A stretch of 45,798 nucleotides of DNA, taken from positions 1 through 45,798 of the IMG/VR virus record IMGVR_UViG_3300031890_000019; one strand, 5' to 3'. This document shows positions 44,893 to 45,798 of this stretch, piece by piece; the first letter of the stretch is position 1, and the number at the start of each line of letters is the position of its first letter. This DNA comes from a virus (taxonomy: Duplodnaviria > Caudoviricetes). Below the pieces are notes generated by a model that was given only the letters and a program-made list of their open reading frames with translations, did not search any database and was not told where the DNA came from. The position numbers and the translations under genes are program-made.

Positions 44893-45435
44893 ATGTCCAA
44901 GGCTGCGCGTGTAATTACCACCAAAGAGATAATCGGAAAACGCTTCGGGCGATTCGTCGTGCTCAAGCGAGCGAAATCTCGTCGCCGCAAGAGCCGGACT
45001 GGCAAGAATAGCTGGGCGCGGTTGTGTATTCTGTGCCTGTGTGATTGTGGGACAATGAAAGTGGTAACAGTTGATAGCGTTCGGCTTGGCGGCGTCAAAA
45101 GCTGCGGATGCCTGCTTCGAGACACGCTGATTACTCGGAACACAACGCACGACGATTATAGAACGCCTGAATACAATAGCTGGCGAGCGATGAAAGAGAG
45201 GTGCCTTAATCCAAGACACAAGTGGTTCCCAAGCTATGGCGGCCGGGGAATTGGCGTCTGTCGAACGTGGCAAAAGAATTACGAAGCGTTTCTGAGAGAC
45301 ATGGGCCGCAAGCCGTCGAAGGCTTATAGCCTTGAGCGCGTTGACAATGACAAAGGATATTCTCCCAAGAACTGCAAATGGGCGACACGCGAGGAGCAGG
45401 CCCGAAATAGGCGCAAGCCAAAGAAACGACGATGA
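44893..45435 (+). CDS. HNH homing endonuclease (antisense to the tail operon)
   Basis: GKRFGRFVV, CLCDCG, KSCGC, EYNSWRAMKERC, YGGRGI.VC, LERVDNDKGYSPKNCKWAT. Confidence 0.85.
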   Translation: MSKAARVITTKEIIGKRFGRFVVLKRAKSRRRKSRTGKNSWARLCILCLCDCGTMKVVTVDSVRLGGVKSCGCLLRDTLITRNTTHDDYRTPEYNSWRAMKERCLNPRHKWFPSYGGRGIGVCRTWQKNYEAFLRDMGRKPSKAYSLERVDNDKGYSPKNCKWATREEQARNRRKPKKRR

Positions 45436-45437
45436 TC

Positions 45438-45798
45438 TCATGTCGCTTTCATCGCTTTCATATGGTCCCGATAATAGACCCGCAATTCCTTCGCTACGTC
45501 AGCGATAATCTTGCGAAGGTGGAATTTCTGCGGGATCGTAACCTCTGCCAAGCCGAAGTAGCGCCAGGGGTTCTGTTTATCTGCCTTGTCTCCGAGTAGC
45601 GGCGTCCCTTTCTTACTCCTCGCGCGGAACAACTCGCCTGGATAGGCGCGAGGCCACACATCGACGCCGGGGGCGCCTCTAAAAGGTAGCCATAAAAATC
45701 CGCTCGGATTCTTGGGAGTGATATGCGCGCCCATCTCGAAGACTCTCCAGTACGAAACTGGCGGCTGGCCGCGCATGAAGGTTTCGACGCGGATGGTG
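45438..45798 (-). CDS. neck/tail-completion-like protein (5' end outside window)
   Basis: Frame open to the window end; FEMGAHITPK...LWLP and VTIP motifs. Confidence 0.5.
   Translation of the reverse strand, partial: TIRVETFMRGQPPVSYWRVFEMGAHITPKNPSGFLWLPFRGAPGVDVWPRAYPGELFRARSKKGTPLLGDKADKQNPWRYFGLAEVTIPQKFHLRKIIADVAKELRVYYRDHMKAMKAT

Noticed and set aside
1-45798. tRNA, rRNA, integrase/att sites, reverse transcriptase (DGR or retron)
   Set aside because: No cloverleaf, recombinase catalytic motifs or RT YxDD context recognised.

Overview
About 46 kb of a tailed dsDNA phage (siphovirus-like, long tape measure). The host is probably an alphaproteobacterium (Rhizobiales-like), judging from GcrA, a GapR-like protein, a CtrA-like wHTH and VPLPA-CTERM proteins. 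Layout: packaging genes on the minus strand at left (TerL, TerS, GIY-YIG endonuclease); two PEP-CTERM-type surface-protein morons; a rightward block of small early genes (GcrA, DUF932); DNA methyltransferases, XRE regulator, RuvC-like resolvase; a rightward recombination operon; and the minus-strand tail module at right (multidomain glycosyl/methyltransferase, tail proteins, tape measure, two HNH endonucleases). Portal and capsid genes fall outside the window. The main result is a ~4.7 kb island between recE-like (19932-20924) and recT-like (25658-26764) that carries two apparent RNA-guided systems back to back. (1) A TIGR-Tas-type system: 18 stem-loop units of the form stem-CCA-N9-TG-N4-CCA-N9-TG-stem plus a nuclease-less Nop-domain protein; every unit lies inside an open reading frame. 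(2) A stand-alone Cas7/RAMP-like gene plus a small partner gene, followed by a non-CRISPR G-rich array with 5-nt GGY-NN periodicity, segmented by GGCAGG. All protein calls come from motif recognition by eye; no database searches were run.
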